Origin: Desulfobacterales bacterium
GTDB taxonomy: Bacteria > Desulfobacterota > Desulfobacteria > Desulfobacterales > UBA2174
DNA length: 64,000 nucleotides
Direction of reading: 5' to 3'
Assembly: GCA_963668645.2 (NCBI GenBank)
Contig: CAXXWC010000003.1
Span: 352,001-416,000, forward strand
A program made the translations under genes and the position numbers. Under the pieces are notes generated by a model. That model searched no databases. It was not told where the DNA came from and saw only the letters and a program-made list of their open reading frames with translations. Positions 9,222-19,603 of the stretch are shown in pieces. The stretch's first letter is position 1; each line of letters begins with the position of its first letter.

Positions 9222-11122
9222 CGGATCGACGCCATCTTGTAGGTTTTATCCACGCGGGTGACCGCCTCATAGCTGCGTCCGGCCTTCATCGCGGCCCGGG
9301 TCTCCTCGTAAGCCCGCGCGTCGAACCAGAACAGCCCGCCGGTCGCGCTGTTGAACGGGTCGAAAAGATCGGTGCTGTGGCGTGTGCCGGCCGGGTCGGG
9401 CAGGCGCCACCAGCACCAGAAGGCCTGGCGCACGTAGGGGACCATGAAGGTGGGCACAAAAGGCCCGATCTCGTGAATCCGCACCTGGATTTGGCGGCTC
9501 AGACGCGCCCGCGTGTCGCTGTCGAGCGAGTCGCGATACGCTTCGATGAGCCGGTCCATTTCCGGATCGTCCGTGTTGGTGATGTTGTTGGTCTGGGGTT
9601 TATGGGCGTTGAGCGAGTGAAAATGCTCCCAGTACTGGGGCCGCAAAGAGGTGCTCCACCCCATCCAGGCCACGTCGTGCTTCTTTTCGAGCACCTTCTT
9701 GTAGGCCGCGGCCGGATCGAGGCGCCGCAGTTCAAGTTCGATGCCGGCCTTCTTGGCCTCCTCCTTGAGCACCACCAGCCGCGGGGTGTGCTCTTCCAGG
9801 GAGTAGGTCACTTCCACCGCAAAGCGCCGTCCGTCCCGGGTCCAGATCCCGTCCTTGCCGCGCTGCCAACCCGCTTCGGTCATCAAGGCCGCCACCTTTT
9901 TCAGATCGTAGCGCCGTGCCCGGATATCCGGGTTGGTGTAGGCCCCGTACCCCATGAAACCCTGTTCCAGCCGGAAGTAGTCACCCCTCAGGACCTTTTC
10001 GATCACGGTTTCGATGTTCATCGCGTGGGCAAAGGCGTAGCGCAGGCGCCGGTCGCGGAAGATGTCCCGGTCGAGGTTGAGCCAGAGTCCCTGGGCCGGC
10101 TGCTGGGTGTCGTTGAAAAACCAGATGCGGTCCACGTAGCCGTTCCGGACCACATCGGTGCTGGACTTGACGTGCCAGTAATCGGGCAGGGTCAGGCCGA
10201 AAGTGTCCAGCCGGCCCTTCTTGAAATGCTCCCACATCAGGTTATGGTCGCGCACCACGGTGTAAATCACCTTGTCCACGTTGAAGCGGTGCTTGAAATA
10301 GCGCAGATCCCCGCCCCACCAGTCCTGCTTGCGCTTGAAGCGGATCTGTTTGCCCTTTTCGAAGTCGCTCATCTGGTAGGGCCCGGTGTTGGGCACGATG
10401 CGCCAGTTGTAAGCGCGCACGAAATCGGGGTCCAGCTCCCCGTAAAAATGGCGCGGCGTCGGTCCCAGGGCGATGCGCAGGTGCAGGTCAGGCACCGCCC
10501 GGGACGCAACCACGGCCAGGGTGTGGTCGTCGTAGACCACCACCCGATCGATCTCCCGCGAATAGTAGTCGTTGTACCAGGGGGCCACGATGTGCTTGGA
10601 GCGCATGAATTCGAGGGTAAAGGCGAAATCGTCCGCGGTCACCGGATAACCGTCCGACCAGCGCGCCTCGGGGTTGAGCTTGAAGTACATGGTCTTGCGA
10701 TCCGCACCGAAAGCCCAGTGGGTGGCCAGTTCCGGGATGATCTTTTCCGTGTTGGGGTGGATCCCGACCAGGCTGAGCTGGTTGTCCAGGATCGCCGAGC
10801 GAAAAGTCGAGTTCGAATCCGGCCCCACGGTGCGAAAGGTAAGCGGGAAGCTGAGCAAAGCTTCGTGCAGAGTGCCGCCCCGCACCGCCTCGGGCGAGGC
10901 CCAGATCGGATCGCTGTCGTTGGTGAGCCATACGATCCCCTTGGGCAGTTCGGGTCTGGGGGCGGCCGGAACCACGGCTTGGGAAGCGTTCGCCGCCGGG
11001 GCGGTTTTGGTGGTCCCGGCCGCTGGCTCTGGAGCCTTTTCCTCTCCGCATCCGGCAATCAAGAGCAGCACGGCCAAGCACAGTACCAGGGCCAGACGAC
11101 CAGTGGCGATGTTGTGATTCAC
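9218..11122 (-). CDS. ABC transporter substrate-binding lipoprotein, family 5 (YejA-like)
   Basis: Lipobox IAGC; ASPEAVRGG, ARWSDG.PVTADD, GPY..., RFNVDK..Y. Confidence 0.85.
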   Translation of the reverse strand: MNHNIATGRLALVLCLAVLLLIAGCGEEKAPEPAAGTTKTAPAANASQAVVPAAPRPELPKGIVWLTNDSDPIWASPEAVRGGTLHEALLSFPLTFRTVGPDSNSTFRSAILDNQLSLVGIHPNTEKIIPELATHWAFGADRKTMYFKLNPEARWSDGYPVTADDFAFTLEFMRSKHIVAPWYNDYYSREIDRVVVYDDHTLAVVASRAVPDLHLRIALGPTPRHFYGELDPDFVRAYNWRIVPNTGPYQMSDFEKGKQIRFKRKQDWWGGDLRYFKHRFNVDKVIYTVVRDHNLMWEHFKKGRLDTFGLTLPDYWHVKSSTDVVRNGYVDRIWFFNDTQQPAQGLWLNLDRDIFRDRRLRYAFAHAMNIETVIEKVLRGDYFRLEQGFMGYGAYTNPDIRARRYDLKKVAALMTEAGWQRGKDGIWTRDGRRFAVEVTYSLEEHTPRLVVLKEEAKKAGIELELRRLDPAAAYKKVLEKKHDVAWMGWSTSLRPQYWEHFHSLNAHKPQTNNITNTDDPEMDRLIEAYRDSLDSDTRARLSRQIQVRIHEIGPFVPTFMVPYVRQAFWCWWRLPDPAGTRHSTDLFDPFNSATGGLFWFDARAYEETRAAMKAGRSYEAVTRVDKTYKMASIR

Positions 11123-11172
11123 GCAAATTCCGTTTCGTTGTCGGTGGAGTGAATCTCCCGGTAGAAATTTTG

Positions 11173-11217
11173 CCGATCCGACGGATCCGTCCGATCCATC
11201 CGACCCGTCCGATTGAA
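11173..11217. repeat. Intergenic 9-bp-period tandem repeat
   Basis: CCGATCCGA CGGATCCGT CCGATCCAT CCGACCCGT CCGATTGAA. Confidence 0.75.
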
Positions 11218-11275
11218 GCTCAACCAGGACCTATATTCCCTTTCCAACCGGCCACAAAGGCGCCTCCAGCCCTCT

Positions 11276-12343
11276 CTACTCGTAGACCGTGTAGCGCTTC
11301 GGGTCGAAGGCCTCGCGCACCGCTTCGCCGATAAAGGTTACGGACACCAGAGTCAGCACCATGGCGCCCACCACCCCCGCCACCATCCACCAGGCGCTCA
11401 TGTAGGCCCACCCCTGCTGGAGCAGTTCACCCCAGCTCGGAGTCGGGGGCGGCAGGCCGAAGCCGAGATAGTCAAGAGAGGTCAGGGCCACAATGCCCGA
11501 AGAGACCGAAAACGGGGCGTAGGTCACGATCACGGCCACGGTATTGGGCAGGATATGCCGAAATACGATCCTTCCGTGGGAGGCGCCCAGAACCCGTGCC
11601 GCCAGCACGTAGTCGCGGGTGCGCTCCTTGTAGGTCACCGTACGCATGGTCCAGGTGATGCCGATCCATCCAAAAAAGGCCATGATCATGATCAGCATGG
11701 CAAAGCTGGGCACCACGATGGAAGAAACGATGATCACCACGTAGAGAAAGGGGACGTTGGCCCAGATTTCGATGATCCGTTGAAAGAAAAGGTCGAAGCG
11801 GCCCCCGAAATACCCCATGGCACACCCGATGCTCACCCCGACGACGTAGTTGACCGCCAGCAACCCCAGGGAAAAGAAGATGGCGATGCGAAAACCGTAG
11901 ACCAGCCGCGCCAGCACGTCGCGCCCCACGGTGTCGGTGCCCAGAAAATGGCGCTCGCGCCAGCTCGGGGCAAAGGGGGGGAAAGCGTCGTCGCGCAGAT
12001 CGGTACTGTAAGGGCCGTAGGGCACCGGAGGCATCAGCATCCAGCCCGGGCCACCCGCCGCGGCCAGACGCCGGCTCAGGTCCCGATAATCGGTCTCGTA
12101 ATCATAGTCCAGATCGAAGGTGCGACCCGGCAGCGGATCGCCGTAAGTCGGACAGTAGAGCCGCCCCTGGTACCAGACCAGGACGGCCCGGTCGTTAACC
12201 AGCAGCTCGGCGGCCAGCGAGACGAGGACCATGAAAACAAAGATCCAAAAGGACCAGTAGCCGCGGCGGATGGACCGGAAACGCCGGATCTTCTTGAGGG
12301 TCAACGGATTGATGTGAAGGCGCATGGAGCCCATAACTTGCAT
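11276..12343 (-). CDS. ABC transporter permease (YejE/OppC-like)
   Basis: RFRSIRRGYWS, HFLGTD.VGRDVLARLVYGFR, EAA-like YVLAARVLGAS..RIVFRHILPN, LDYLGFGLP..PSWGELL. Confidence 0.88.
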   Translation of the reverse strand: MQVMGSMRLHINPLTLKKIRRFRSIRRGYWSFWIFVFMVLVSLAAELLVNDRAVLVWYQGRLYCPTYGDPLPGRTFDLDYDYETDYRDLSRRLAAAGGPGWMLMPPVPYGPYSTDLRDDAFPPFAPSWRERHFLGTDTVGRDVLARLVYGFRIAIFFSLGLLAVNYVVGVSIGCAMGYFGGRFDLFFQRIIEIWANVPFLYVVIIVSSIVVPSFAMLIMIMAFFGWIGITWTMRTVTYKERTRDYVLAARVLGASHGRIVFRHILPNTVAVIVTYAPFSVSSGIVALTSLDYLGFGLPPPTPSWGELLQQGWAYMSAWWMVAGVVGAMVLTLVSVTFIGEAVREAFDPKRYTVYE

Positions 12344-12353
12344 ATTTCAAGTG

Positions 12354-13381
12354 TTATTCGAACTGCACCCGCGGATCGACCAGCGCCACACATATGTCCG
12401 ACAGAATGTTGCCGACCAGAAAAAGCAGGGCGCTGATGGCCAGGATGCCCAAAACCACGGGGTAGTCGCGCTCGACCACCGACTCGTATCCCAGCAGTCC
12501 CATCCCGTTGATATTGAAAACCTTCTCGATGAGAAACGACCCGGACAAGATCACCGAAACGTTATTGCCGAAGCTCGTGGCAATGGGAATCAGGCTGTTG
12601 CGCAGGGCGTGGCGAAACACGGCGCGCCGGAACGGCAGCCCCTTGGCGATGGCAGTGCGCACGTAGTCGGCCGCCAAATTGTCCATCAGGGTGTTCTTCA
12701 TCAACAGGGTCATGACGGCAAAGGAACCGGACACGTAGGCGGTCAGGGGCAGAACCGTGTGCCAGAGGATGTCGAGGATCCGGTACGCGGTGGAAAAATC
12801 GGGAAAGTCTTCGCTGACCAGGCCGCCCAAGGGAAAGATCTCCCACACCGATGCAAAAAGCATCAGCATCAGTACCCCTACGACCCAGCCCGGGATGGCG
12901 TAGCCGGTAAAAACGACCACCGAGGTCAGGTTGTCGAACCCGCTCTGGTGGCGCAGGGCCTTGGCGATGCCCAGCGGTATGCACACGCCGTAGACCAGGA
13001 TCAGGGTCAAAATACCGAAGTAGAGCGAAACGGGAATCCGCTCGGCGATCATCTGCCAGACCGGATCGTAATATCGGGTGGAAGTGCCCAGATCGCCCCC
13101 TCAAGACCTTCCCCAGCCAGTGGACATAACTGACGCAGCACCGGTTTGTCGAACCCGTAATAGGCCCGCAGCTGGGCGATCTGTCCCTCTGAAAGGGGCT
13201 GCTGTTGCTCGGTGGGGCCGGAAGCCAGCCCCCCGGAACGGACCTGCATCTGGCGCGCTTCAAGGATCATGCGCTCGATGGGGCCGCCGGGTACCAGGCG
13301 CGTGATCACGAACACCATGACGGTGATGCCGATCAGGGTGGGGATGATCAAAAGAAAACGCCTGATGAAATAGGCGGCCAT
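12354..13381 (-). pseudogene. ABC transporter permease (YejB/OppB-like) with two +1 frameshifts, probably sequencing errors
   Basis: MAAYFIRR..GFDKPVL | VSYVHWLGKVL | RGDLGTSTRYYDPVWQMIAERIPVS lie in three successive frames. Extra bases at about 13135-13137 and in the C5 run at 13096-13100. Confidence 0.8.
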
Positions 13382-13591
13382 AAGCGGTCCTCAAAACCTG
13401 TTGGGGTTCAAAAATACGGATGGCGCCGGCCCGGTCCCTTGGGTCCGTAAAAGGGACTACCCGGGTGCGGCGCTTTGCCCAACTTAACTTAGCCCCAATC
13501 GTATTTCAAGGTTTGCCGCACGTCTTGACAAGCATGGCACTATTGGCCATTTTGATCGCTCCACACCATTCCCTCTACGAAAGGCGCACCG

Positions 13592-14794
13592 ATGAGCGAA
13601 ATTCCGCCTGGGACCACCCCCGCCGCTGAGATCGACAGACGCATCACCCGCTTCCAGGCCCATCTCCAGAACCTGGGGCTTTGCGGCGCCCTGATCGCCC
13701 AGAACTCGGATCTTTTCTACTTTGCCGGCACGATCCAGCAGGCTCATCTGTACATCCCCGCCGCCGGCCGGCCGGTGCTCATGGTGCGCAAGCACCTGCC
13801 ACGGGCGGCGGCCGAATCCCCTCTCGAGAGCATCGTCGCCCTTGACAGTCCCCGTCAGATCCCGGCCATGCTGGCTGATTTCAGGATACCCCTGCCCCGC
13901 CGCCTCGGCTTGGAGTTGGACGTCCTGCCGGCCCAGCGCTATCTCGGACTCCAGCGCCTGCTGCCCGATGCGCAATTGGAGGACGTCACCGATGCCATTC
14001 GCCGGGTGCGGGCCGTCAAGTCGACCTATGAAATCGGTCTGATCCGTGAGGCCGCCCGGCGCGCAGATCAGGTCGCTGCGGCAGTCCCCGCCCTGCTGGA
14101 GACCGGGATCAGCGAGGTGGCCCTGGCCGGCCGGATCGAGGCCGAAGCCCGCCGGCTGGGCCACGAGGGCTTGGTGCGCATGCGCCTCTGGGGTGCGGAG
14201 CTTTTCTACGGGCACCTGATGTCGGGTGCCAACGCTGCCGAGCCCAGCTACCTGGCCTCACCCACGGGCGGGCGCAGCCTGGGACCGGCGGTGGCTCAGG
14301 GCCCCAGCGCTGCCAAGATAGAGTCGAACGTGCCCATTTTAGTCGATTACGTCTTTGCCCGCGGCGGCTACCTGGCCGACCATACCCGCATCTTTGTCAT
14401 CGGCCGCCTGCCAGAGGACCTGCACCGGGCCCACGCGGCCATGGTAGCCCTCCAGGATGAACTGGCCGCGCGAATGCGCCCGGGCGTCCGGGCCGGTGAA
14501 TTGTACGACTGGGCCCTGGCCCGGACCGAGCGGCTGGGATATGCCGGGTGGTTCATGGGCGCCGAGACGGACCGCATCCGCTTTGTGGGCCACGGGATCG
14601 GTCTCGAACTGGACGAATATCCGTTTATTGCGGCTGGACAGGACATGCCCTTGGCCGAAGGGATGGTGGTGGCGCTGGAGCCGAAGCTGATCTTTCCGGG
14701 CCGCGGGGTCGTGGGAATCGAAAACACCCACCTGGTCACCGCCGCAGGCCTGGAGCGCCTGACCCGCTTTCCGGACGATATCGTAGCCGTTTGA
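13592..14794 (+). CDS. Xaa-Pro peptidase family (M24) protein
   Basis: Creatinase-like N-terminus; RAVKS..EI, GYLADHTR, GHGIGLELDE.P, ALEPK, GIENT. Confidence 0.88.
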   Translation: MSEIPPGTTPAAEIDRRITRFQAHLQNLGLCGALIAQNSDLFYFAGTIQQAHLYIPAAGRPVLMVRKHLPRAAAESPLESIVALDSPRQIPAMLADFRIPLPRRLGLELDVLPAQRYLGLQRLLPDAQLEDVTDAIRRVRAVKSTYEIGLIREAARRADQVAAAVPALLETGISEVALAGRIEAEARRLGHEGLVRMRLWGAELFYGHLMSGANAAEPSYLASPTGGRSLGPAVAQGPSAAKIESNVPILVDYVFARGGYLADHTRIFVIGRLPEDLHRAHAAMVALQDELAARMRPGVRAGELYDWALARTERLGYAGWFMGAETDRIRFVGHGIGLELDEYPFIAAGQDMPLAEGMVVALEPKLIFPGRGVVGIENTHLVTAAGLERLTRFPDDIVAV

Positions 14795-14803
14795 AAAGAA
14801 GAT

Positions 14804-14836
14804 AAAAAAAGGGAGCGGGAAATTTCCCGCTCCCTT
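14804..14836 (-). terminator. Terminator of rplM-rpsI (probably bidirectional)
   Basis: A7-GGGAGCGGGAA-A-TTTCCCGCTCCCTT. Confidence 0.8.
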
Positions 14837-14859
14837 GATAAGTTCGAGGGCCGACCGGT

Positions 14860-15255
14860 TTAACGTTTGGAGAATTGGAACCGGGCGCGCGCACCCCGCT
14901 GACCGTACTTCTTGCGTTCCTTCTCACGCGGATCGCGCTTGACGAAGCCGGCTTTCTTCAGCGGCAGGCGGAACTCGGGATTAATGAGCATCAACGCGCG
15001 GGTAATGCCGTGGCGGATGGCGCCGGCTTGCCCGTTGATCCCACCCCCCAGGACCCGGATCTTGACATCGTAAGCCCCCTGGGTACTGGTCAGGCGGAAC
15101 GGATCGAGCAGCATGGTCCGGGCCGATTCGACCTTGAAGTAGTCCTCCAGGGGTCGGTCATTGATGGAAACCTCCCCGCTGCCAGGGGTCAACCAAGTGC
15201 GGGCGATGGCGCTCTTGCGCTTGCCGGTGGCGTAAAAAACGTTTTCCTGTTCCAT
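14860..15255 (-). CDS. rpsI: 30S ribosomal protein S9
   Basis: YATGKRKSAIAR, GGG..GQAGAIRHGI, RDPR.KERKKYG...AR..FQFSKR. Confidence 0.97.
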   Translation of the reverse strand: MEQENVFYATGKRKSAIARTWLTPGSGEVSINDRPLEDYFKVESARTMLLDPFRLTSTQGAYDVKIRVLGGGINGQAGAIRHGITRALMLINPEFRLPLKKAGFVKRDPREKERKKYGQRGARARFQFSKR

Positions 15256-15289
15256 GAATCTTTCCACTCAGTCGAGACGGGTTGGCGGC

Positions 15290-15731
15290 TTATGCACGCA
15301 ATTGAAGCGTTTCGGGCTGCTGGGCGACATGCGGATGATCGCTGCCGCTATAGACCTTGAGTTTCTTGAAAAGTTGACGCCCAAGTCGATTCTTGGGCAG
15401 CATCCCACGCACCGCAAAACGCAGTAGATTTTCCGGCCGCTGGGTCTTGAGCTTTTCGGCGGTAACGCTCTTGATCCCCCCCATGTAGCCGGTATGCCGA
15501 TAGTAGGTCTTCTGCTGCCATTTGGCGCCGGTTAACTTGACCTTTTCGGCGTTGATCACGATGATATGGTCGCCCATATCGGCGTGGGGAGTGAACAGCG
15601 GGCTGTGCTTGCCCCGCAACCGTGCGGCGACCTGGGAAGCCAGTCTGCCCAGCACGGCCCCCCTCGGCGTCGACGACGAACCAATTGCCCGGATTGTCAC
15701 TTTTTTTAGCGCTGTATGTGTATTTCTTCAC
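15290..15731 (-). CDS. rplM: 50S ribosomal protein L13, apparent +1 frameshift in a homopolymer
   Basis: GTG start [17 protein letters not shown] continues as [29 protein letters not shown] in the next frame. One extra G in the G6 run (C6 at 15658-15663 on +). Confidence 0.93.
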
Positions 15732-15767
15732 GGCTCAACACTCCTGTTCGATCTGACGAATTTGGGA

Positions 15768-15796
15768 CTATTAAATAAAAAGACCGCTGCTGTCAA
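15768..15796 (-). promoter_or_regulatory. sigma70-type promoter of rplM-rpsI
   Basis: TTGACA-17 nt-TAATAG(T) on the minus strand. Confidence 0.5.
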
Positions 15797-15899
15797 GACC
15801 AAAAAACAGTCCTTTGACAGAGGCCGGTCAAAAATGTCATGAACCATTTTCCTGGGCCGGTGCCCGGCTCCGGTAAAGACCATCATAAAGCAGTGGATA

Positions 15900-16538
15900 A
15901 TGAACGGATTGGAAATCGAAGTCAAGTTTTTTGTGGACCGTCCGCAAGCCTTGCGCCAGCGGGTCCTGGCCATCGACGGTGCCAGCTGCGGACGTGTTTT
16001 CGAACACAACGAAATCTTCGACGACGCCCGGCGCAGTCTGGCCGGCCGTGGCGAACTGCTGCGCCTGCGCCAGGACACGGCCTGCCGCTTGACCTATAAA
16101 CAGCCGGATGGTGCGCACCAGGACCAGTTCAAGATTCTGCGCGAAATGGAGACCACCGTAGCCGAGGGTCAAGTCCTGCGGGCCGTTTTCAAGGCATTGG
16201 GCCTCGAGAAGGTGCTGGTCTACGAAAAATGGCGCGAAACCTTCACCATGGGCACCGTCCATCTCTGCCTGGACGAAATGCCATTCGGCCATTTCCTGGA
16301 GATCGAAGGGCCGCCGGCAGACATCCGCCGTACGGCCGATGCTCTGGCCCTGCCCTGGTCGCGGCGCATTCTTGGCAATTATCATCAGCTCTTTGCCGCG
16401 ATCGCCGAGGCGATGGGACTGCAATTTAGCGATATCACCTTCGAAAACTTCCGGGACCTGGCGGTGGATGCAAGTATCTTTCGACGGCGCTTCGAAGCCG
16501 GCGAAAAGCGACACAACGCACCGGGGACGACCCCATGA
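15900..16538 (+). CDS. CYTH domain protein (class IV adenylate cyclase-like)
   Basis: EIEVK (ExExK), LLRLR, LTYK, YEKWRE, LDEMPFG.FLEIEG. Confidence 0.85.
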   Translation: MNGLEIEVKFFVDRPQALRQRVLAIDGASCGRVFEHNEIFDDARRSLAGRGELLRLRQDTACRLTYKQPDGAHQDQFKILREMETTVAEGQVLRAVFKALGLEKVLVYEKWRETFTMGTVHLCLDEMPFGHFLEIEGPPADIRRTADALALPWSRRILGNYHQLFAAIAEAMGLQFSDITFENFRDLAVDASIFRRRFEAGEKRHNAPGTTP

Positions 16539-17353
16539 CAGCCCCCTGGCCGGCCGAATACGCCTTTACGCTGGTGAGTCTCAACCTGCGCTTCGGGTTG
16601 GCCGATGACGGGGAGAACCGCTGGGATCTTCGGCGACGGTCATGGCCGGCCCTTCTCGAACGGTGTCCGGCCGATTTCTTCGTTTTGCAGGAGGTCAACG
16701 ATTTTCAAGCCGAAGATCTCGCATCGCTTCTGGGGGCTTACAACTATGTCGGGCGCCGGCACCCGGCGCCCGGATTCTGGCAGCACAACCTGATCTGGCA
16801 CCGCCGGGAATGGTCCTGCGAGGCAAGCCGGCACTTCTACCTGAGCCCCACCCCGGATCTGCCCAGCCGTTTCCGCGCCAGCCGCTGGCCCCGCCAGTGC
16901 ACCCTGGCCGTCTTCTCCCGGGCGGGGCGCCGATTGGCCGTTGCCGGCACGCACCTCGACTTCGATCCGCAAATCCAAGCCGCCAGCACCCGGTTGATCC
17001 GCCGGCGGCTGGATACCCTGGCCCCGGCCACGGCCACGGTCATCGCCGGCGATTTCAACGCCCCGCCCGAGAGCCCGGCCCACCGCGCCCTGACCGCGGA
17101 CCCGGCCCCCGGCCGGCCGGCAGGGTCCGGCTTCAAAGACGTCTTTCGCCCCCCCTACCCCGGCACCCACCACGGATTTACCGGCAGCCGCGACGGCGAC
17201 TACATCGACTGGATTCTTTACCGCGGCGGGCTCACGGTAAAAAAAAGCGGCGTGATCCAAACGCCGCTGCAAGGCCGCTACATCTCCGACCATTTTCCAG
17301 TCTGGGCGGCCTTTGACTGGCAGCCGGCAACGGCGCAAGACGCAACACAATAG
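16535..17353 (+). CDS. Endonuclease/exonuclease/phosphatase family protein
   Basis: SLNLRF, LQEV, THLD, AGDFNA, IDWILY, SDHFPV. ATGA overlap with the CYTH gene. Confidence 0.88.
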   Translation: MTAPWPAEYAFTLVSLNLRFGLADDGENRWDLRRRSWPALLERCPADFFVLQEVNDFQAEDLASLLGAYNYVGRRHPAPGFWQHNLIWHRREWSCEASRHFYLSPTPDLPSRFRASRWPRQCTLAVFSRAGRRLAVAGTHLDFDPQIQAASTRLIRRRLDTLAPATATVIAGDFNAPPESPAHRALTADPAPGRPAGSGFKDVFRPPYPGTHHGFTGSRDGDYIDWILYRGGLTVKKSGVIQTPLQGRYISDHFPVWAAFDWQPATAQDATQ

Positions 17354-17383
17354 AGATTTATAACGGACCCGGACGGGTAAGAT

Positions 17384-18439
17384 TCAAAAAAGACGCGGCT
17401 GGCCCCTGGACTGGACCTTGATACCGAGGTGGCGCCAGGCGCTTTCCGAGGCCTTGCGGCCCGAGGATGTGCGGGTGACCATGCCGATGGCCAGAAGGTA
17501 AGGTTCGACCACGTCCACCAGCGTATCGGCATCTTCCTGCAGCGTGGCGGCGATGGCTTCGATGCCCACCGGCCCACCGCTGTAGTATTCGATAATGGTC
17601 CGTAAATAACGCCGATCCAAACGGGTCAGCCCCAGGGTGTCAACCCCCTCCAGGGCCAGGGCGGCTTCCACCGTCTCCCCGTCGATCCGGCCGTCCCCGC
17701 GCACCTGGGCATAATCGCGCACCCGCTTCAAGAGGCGGTTGACGATCCGCGGTGTGCCGCGGCTGCGATGGGCCAGGGCCCGGGCCGCCGGATGGTCAAT
17801 TTCGACCTGCAGCAGGGAAGCCGAACGCAGCGTGATCCGGACCAGATCTTCAAGGGTGTAAAAATCAAGATTGCGCATCAACCCGAAGCGATCCCGCAGG
17901 GGCGCCGAAAGCATCCCCACCCGGGTGGTGGCCCCCACCAGCGTGAACCGGTTGAGACGGAAGCGGTGGCTGCGGGCGTGGATCCCCTTGTCGAATACAA
18001 AATCCACCGCGAAGTCCTCCATCGCCGGATAGAGAAACTCCTCCACCGATTTGGGGGTCCGGTGGATTTCGTCCACGAACAGGACATCGCCTTCTTCCAG
18101 GTGGGTCAAAAGTCCGAGCAGATCGCCGCCTTTTTCAAGGGCCGGGCCGGAAGTGACCGTCAGGTTGCAGCCCATCTCGTTGGCGATGATGTGGGCCAGA
18201 GTGGTCTTGCCCAAACCGGGCGGTCCGTGGAAAAGAAGGTGTTCGAGCGGTTCGGCTCTTTTTTGAGCCGCTTGCAGCGCGATGCTCAGCGTTTCCACCA
18301 GTTGTTTCTGGCCGATGTATTCGTCCAGCCGCGAAGGACGCAGGCTCAGGATCTCCGGCTCCTGATCGTCAGGCTGGGCCGTACCGGCAGCAATAGACGG
18401 CACCTGGTCGAAGCGCTGGGTAAGGATCTGATCGCTCAT
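17384..18439 (-). CDS. ruvB: Holliday junction branch migration helicase RuvB
   Basis: [46 protein letters not shown]. Confidence 0.96.
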   Translation of the reverse strand: MSDQILTQRFDQVPSIAAGTAQPDDQEPEILSLRPSRLDEYIGQKQLVETLSIALQAAQKRAEPLEHLLFHGPPGLGKTTLAHIIANEMGCNLTVTSGPALEKGGDLLGLLTHLEEGDVLFVDEIHRTPKSVEEFLYPAMEDFAVDFVFDKGIHARSHRFRLNRFTLVGATTRVGMLSAPLRDRFGLMRNLDFYTLEDLVRITLRSASLLQVEIDHPAARALAHRSRGTPRIVNRLLKRVRDYAQVRGDGRIDGETVEAALALEGVDTLGLTRLDRRYLRTIIEYYSGGPVGIEAIAATLQEDADTLVDVVEPYLLAIGMVTRTSSGRKASESAWRHLGIKVQSRGQPRLF

Positions 18440-19050
18440 CGCTGCTTCTCGCCGCGGTAGACTTCGTCAAAAAGGGCTTCCGGGGTATCGATGGCCGGGT
18501 TGCGCTGGAAGGCTTCTTCGACCATACGCCGCGCCTCTGCCGGCTTGTAGCCGAGCTGGGCGACCAGAACGTCCAGAACCGGGGTGGCCATATCGCCGCT
18601 CTCGGGTTCCGGCCGGTCCTGGCCGCGGATAATGGCGAACTTGCCCATCTTGCCTTCCAGGGTGGCCACAATCTTCTGAGCCGTGCGACCGCCGATCCCC
18701 TTGAGCTGCCGGAGGGTGGCCACGTCCCGGTCCTCGATGGCCCGGGCGATCTGGCGCACCGGCAGGGTCATGGCACGCACCGCCTTGGTCGGCCCGATGT
18801 CCTCGACCGAGATGAACATTTGAAAAAATTCTTTTTCGGCTTCAAGATGGAAACCGATCAAAAGGGGTTTGGGCTGCCTTTCGGTCTGCTGGTGATAGAT
18901 GTAAAGCGCGACCTCATCGCCCAGGGACTTGTCCGCCAGACTTTCCATCAGCCCGGCCGGCACCAGCACCTCGTAGCCCACCGAGCCGGCCAAAAGCAGG
19001 ATGCGATCTTCGTATTTTTGCAGCAGTTTTCCTTCGAGATAGCCGATCAT
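18436..19050 (-). CDS. ruvA: Holliday junction branch migration protein RuvA
   Basis: MIGYLEG, VGYEV, HhH motifs IGPTKA and [13 protein letters not shown]; located between ruvC and ruvB. Confidence 0.92.
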   Translation of the reverse strand: MIGYLEGKLLQKYEDRILLLAGSVGYEVLVPAGLMESLADKSLGDEVALYIYHQQTERQPKPLLIGFHLEAEKEFFQMFISVEDIGPTKAVRAMTLPVRQIARAIEDRDVATLRQLKGIGGRTAQKIVATLEGKMGKFAIIRGQDRPEPESGDMATPVLDVLVAQLGYKPAEARRMVEEAFQRNPAIDTPEALFDEVYRGEKQR

Positions 19051-19090
19051 GGGTCCCCAGCGGTGTGCCGTTCGATGAGGCGCTTACAAC

Positions 19091-19603
19091 TCAATTCGGA
19101 TTTCGTCGCCCAAACCGGTAAAGCCCCACCAGTGCAAGCCCCAAGGCGTCGGAGGCATGGTCGGGTCGAATAACCTGATCGGCGCCCAAAGCTTTGCGCA
19201 CCGCTGCCTCCAACTGCGCCTTGCCGGCGTTGCCGTTTCCGGTCAGAACCCGCTTGGCCTCGCGCACCGCCACCTGGCACAGCGCCAATCCTTTCTGTTG
19301 CCCGGCAAGCTGGATCACACCGGTCACTTTACCCAGGGTCAATCCCGACTTGGGGTAGCGCTCCAGCGAGAAAACCTCCTCGACCACCATCAGGTCGGGG
19401 GCCTCCTCGGCCAACAGGCTGCATAACTTTTGAGAGATGATTTCCAGCCGCAGGGCCAGGGGTTGGTGTGCCGCTGTGCGAATGGTGCCGTAGGCGAATC
19501 CGTCCACCCGCAGTCCGCAGCCGCGCACCAGACCGATACCGGTGGCGGCAAGTCCCGGATCAACCCCCAGCACCTTGACCGGCTCACCACCTTCGCGCCT
19601 CAA
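19091..19603 (-). CDS. ruvC: Crossover junction endodeoxyribonuclease RuvC
   Basis: LGVDPG, VEEVF, KRVLTGNGNAGK, DHASDALGLA. Start uncertain. Confidence 0.92.
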   Translation of the reverse strand: MRREGGEPVKVLGVDPGLAATGIGLVRGCGLRVDGFAYGTIRTAAHQPLALRLEIISQKLCSLLAEEAPDLMVVEEVFSLERYPKSGLTLGKVTGVIQLAGQQKGLALCQVAVREAKRVLTGNGNAGKAQLEAAVRKALGADQVIRPDHASDALGLALVGLYRFGRRNPN

